Positions 62,801-64,000 of a DNA stretch of 64,000 nt are shown piece by piece. Made by a program: the position numbers and the translations under genes. Within the stretch, counting starts at the first letter, position 1. The number at the start of each line of letters is the position of its first letter. The DNA is taken from positions 1,059,623 through 1,123,622 of the forward strand of contig WELB01000020.1 of the NCBI GenBank assembly GCA_009602725.1, written 5' to 3'. This DNA is from Spirogloea muscicola. Its lineage: Eukaryota. Below the pieces are notes generated by a model that searched no databases, was not told where the DNA came from, and saw only the letters and a list, made by a program, of their open reading frames with translations.

Positions 62801-63607
62801 GATTGCCAGTCATGTGAGCTATCGTACATTTTGCTTGCACAGAGCCACTTCAAGACCTCACCATTGATGGTTTCAGTGGTGGAGGCCACAAGGAGGTGTT
62901 GGACCAACTGCGTTCTTGCCAACGGCTGACTCAACTCAGAATTCAAGGCACCCACACTATACTATTACTGAAAATCGACCAACAAAGCTGCCATGCACAA
63001 GACAGCACTGATGCTATACAAATGCAGTGACATATGGTGACCCAAATACTCGACCTAGATAGCACCTTAGTCGAGCTCCTGGACAGATATTTTCAATGCA
63101 CCACAGAAAGAGATTCTTCTTGTAGTAATACAGTAGAGCTGAGGAATAAAGCAAGCACTATAACATCACCATCACATGTAGGTGCTGCCGGCTTTGGCAT
63201 GAGGACTTGTTGGATAGGGCAAGGACCTGCAAGGACAGACTCCAATACGTAGTCCTAGACGTGTTGAATGACTTCCATTCCAGCAGTCCTACAAGACTAT
63301 CTTCCTTCGCACAGAGAACTGTAAATTATTTTGATTGATAGCATATCATGCAGAGATATCACGCAAAGTCGAAAGATCAACTTGATAGAGCGGTCGTACT
63401 TTCTTGGGAGTCATGCAATATGCTTGCTGAAGTTTAGGTTTCATGAGGAGGAGATTGCATCGCTTCAGAGTCAAGCAAGCCCCAAATGGGGTGAGCCCCT
63501 TTCCTCCTTATGTCAAGAACAAGCTTGAAGGACGCTCAAATCAGCATACCCTAGTACGTCCATACGTTGACTGAGGGCTTGTTTGCCATTTGGTGACAAT
63601 GACCACA

Positions 63608-63820
63608 TCAATTTTTGATGGCCTTCTTTTTAGGGGGTGGGGGGTTTGGCTTCTTCTTCCCCTTCTTGGTGGACGTGTGCTTCTTACCCTTCTTGGTCGG
63701 TGGTGTGTGCATGCCCTTTGTGGTCGAAGGCTTGGTTGCGGGCTTGGTTGCAGGCTTGACAATGATGACGCCGTTCATGGTGTATAGGAATACACAGTCC
63801 TGGTAATAGTATGTGCCGGC
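63608..63820 (-). CDS. Terminal exon of a gene entering from beyond the window: cupredoxin-like C-terminal strands plus Lys/Pro-rich tail
   Basis: After the acceptor ttgcgcag it reads AGTYYYQDCVFLYTMNGVIIVKPATKPATKPSTTKG..KKGKKKPNPPPPKKKAIKN*. Upstream exons could not be resolved. Confidence 0.55.
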   Translation of the reverse strand, partial: AGTYYYQDCVFLYTMNGVIIVKPATKPATKPSTTKGMHTPPTKKGKKHTSTKKGKKKPNPPPPKKKAIKN

Positions 63821-64000
63821 CTGCGCAAAATGCAGAGCACATTCAGGGGCATAGCCATCATCAGAATTGCCTTACACCATTGTAGAAGCAGAGGGTAACT
63901 ATTGGAAAACAGGAACCTAGGCAACAACTATGCGAACGGCTGCATGTGGGTCAGCACTACCACAGTCACGATAAAATTGTAGGCAGGTCAGTACGTGCGA

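Larger units (their letters stand above)
54490..62905. repeat. Right arm of large inverted segmental duplication
   Basis: Reverse-complement match to 36585-47915, apart from arm-specific insertions. Confidence 0.88.

Overview
Eukaryotic, intron-rich nuclear DNA of a green plant-lineage organism. A streptophyte alga or early land plant is inferred from the plant-type LxxNxLxGxIP LRRs, the iMet-primed copia element, TTTAGGG-like motifs and mitochondrial rps4/tatC/rpl5 insertions. The window is dominated by six paralogous genes arranged <-A B-> C-> <-D <-E F->. Each encodes a predicted secreted protein: signal peptide, LRR N-cap, one LRR per ~72-nt phase-2 exon, C-cap, then about 7 single-exon Cys-rich modules. 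I found no transmembrane or kinase domain. By manual splicing, gene A (26 exons) looks intact and has expanded its LRR array by 4-fold duplication of a 3-exon, ~740-bp cassette. B, D and F are pseudogenes. C and E carry only a few lesions. E and F lie in the arms of an inverted segmental duplication (about 36.6-47.9 kb versus 54.5-62.9 kb). The window also holds a decayed Ty1/copia element with an internally inverted integrase, many 5'-truncated CRE-like (RLE) non-LTR retrotransposon ends with a conserved 3' hairpin, two NUMTs, an ACGTG/G-box cluster, and the last exon of a cupredoxin-like gene with a Lys/Pro-rich tail. All alignments were made by eye, so coordinates may be off by a few bases.
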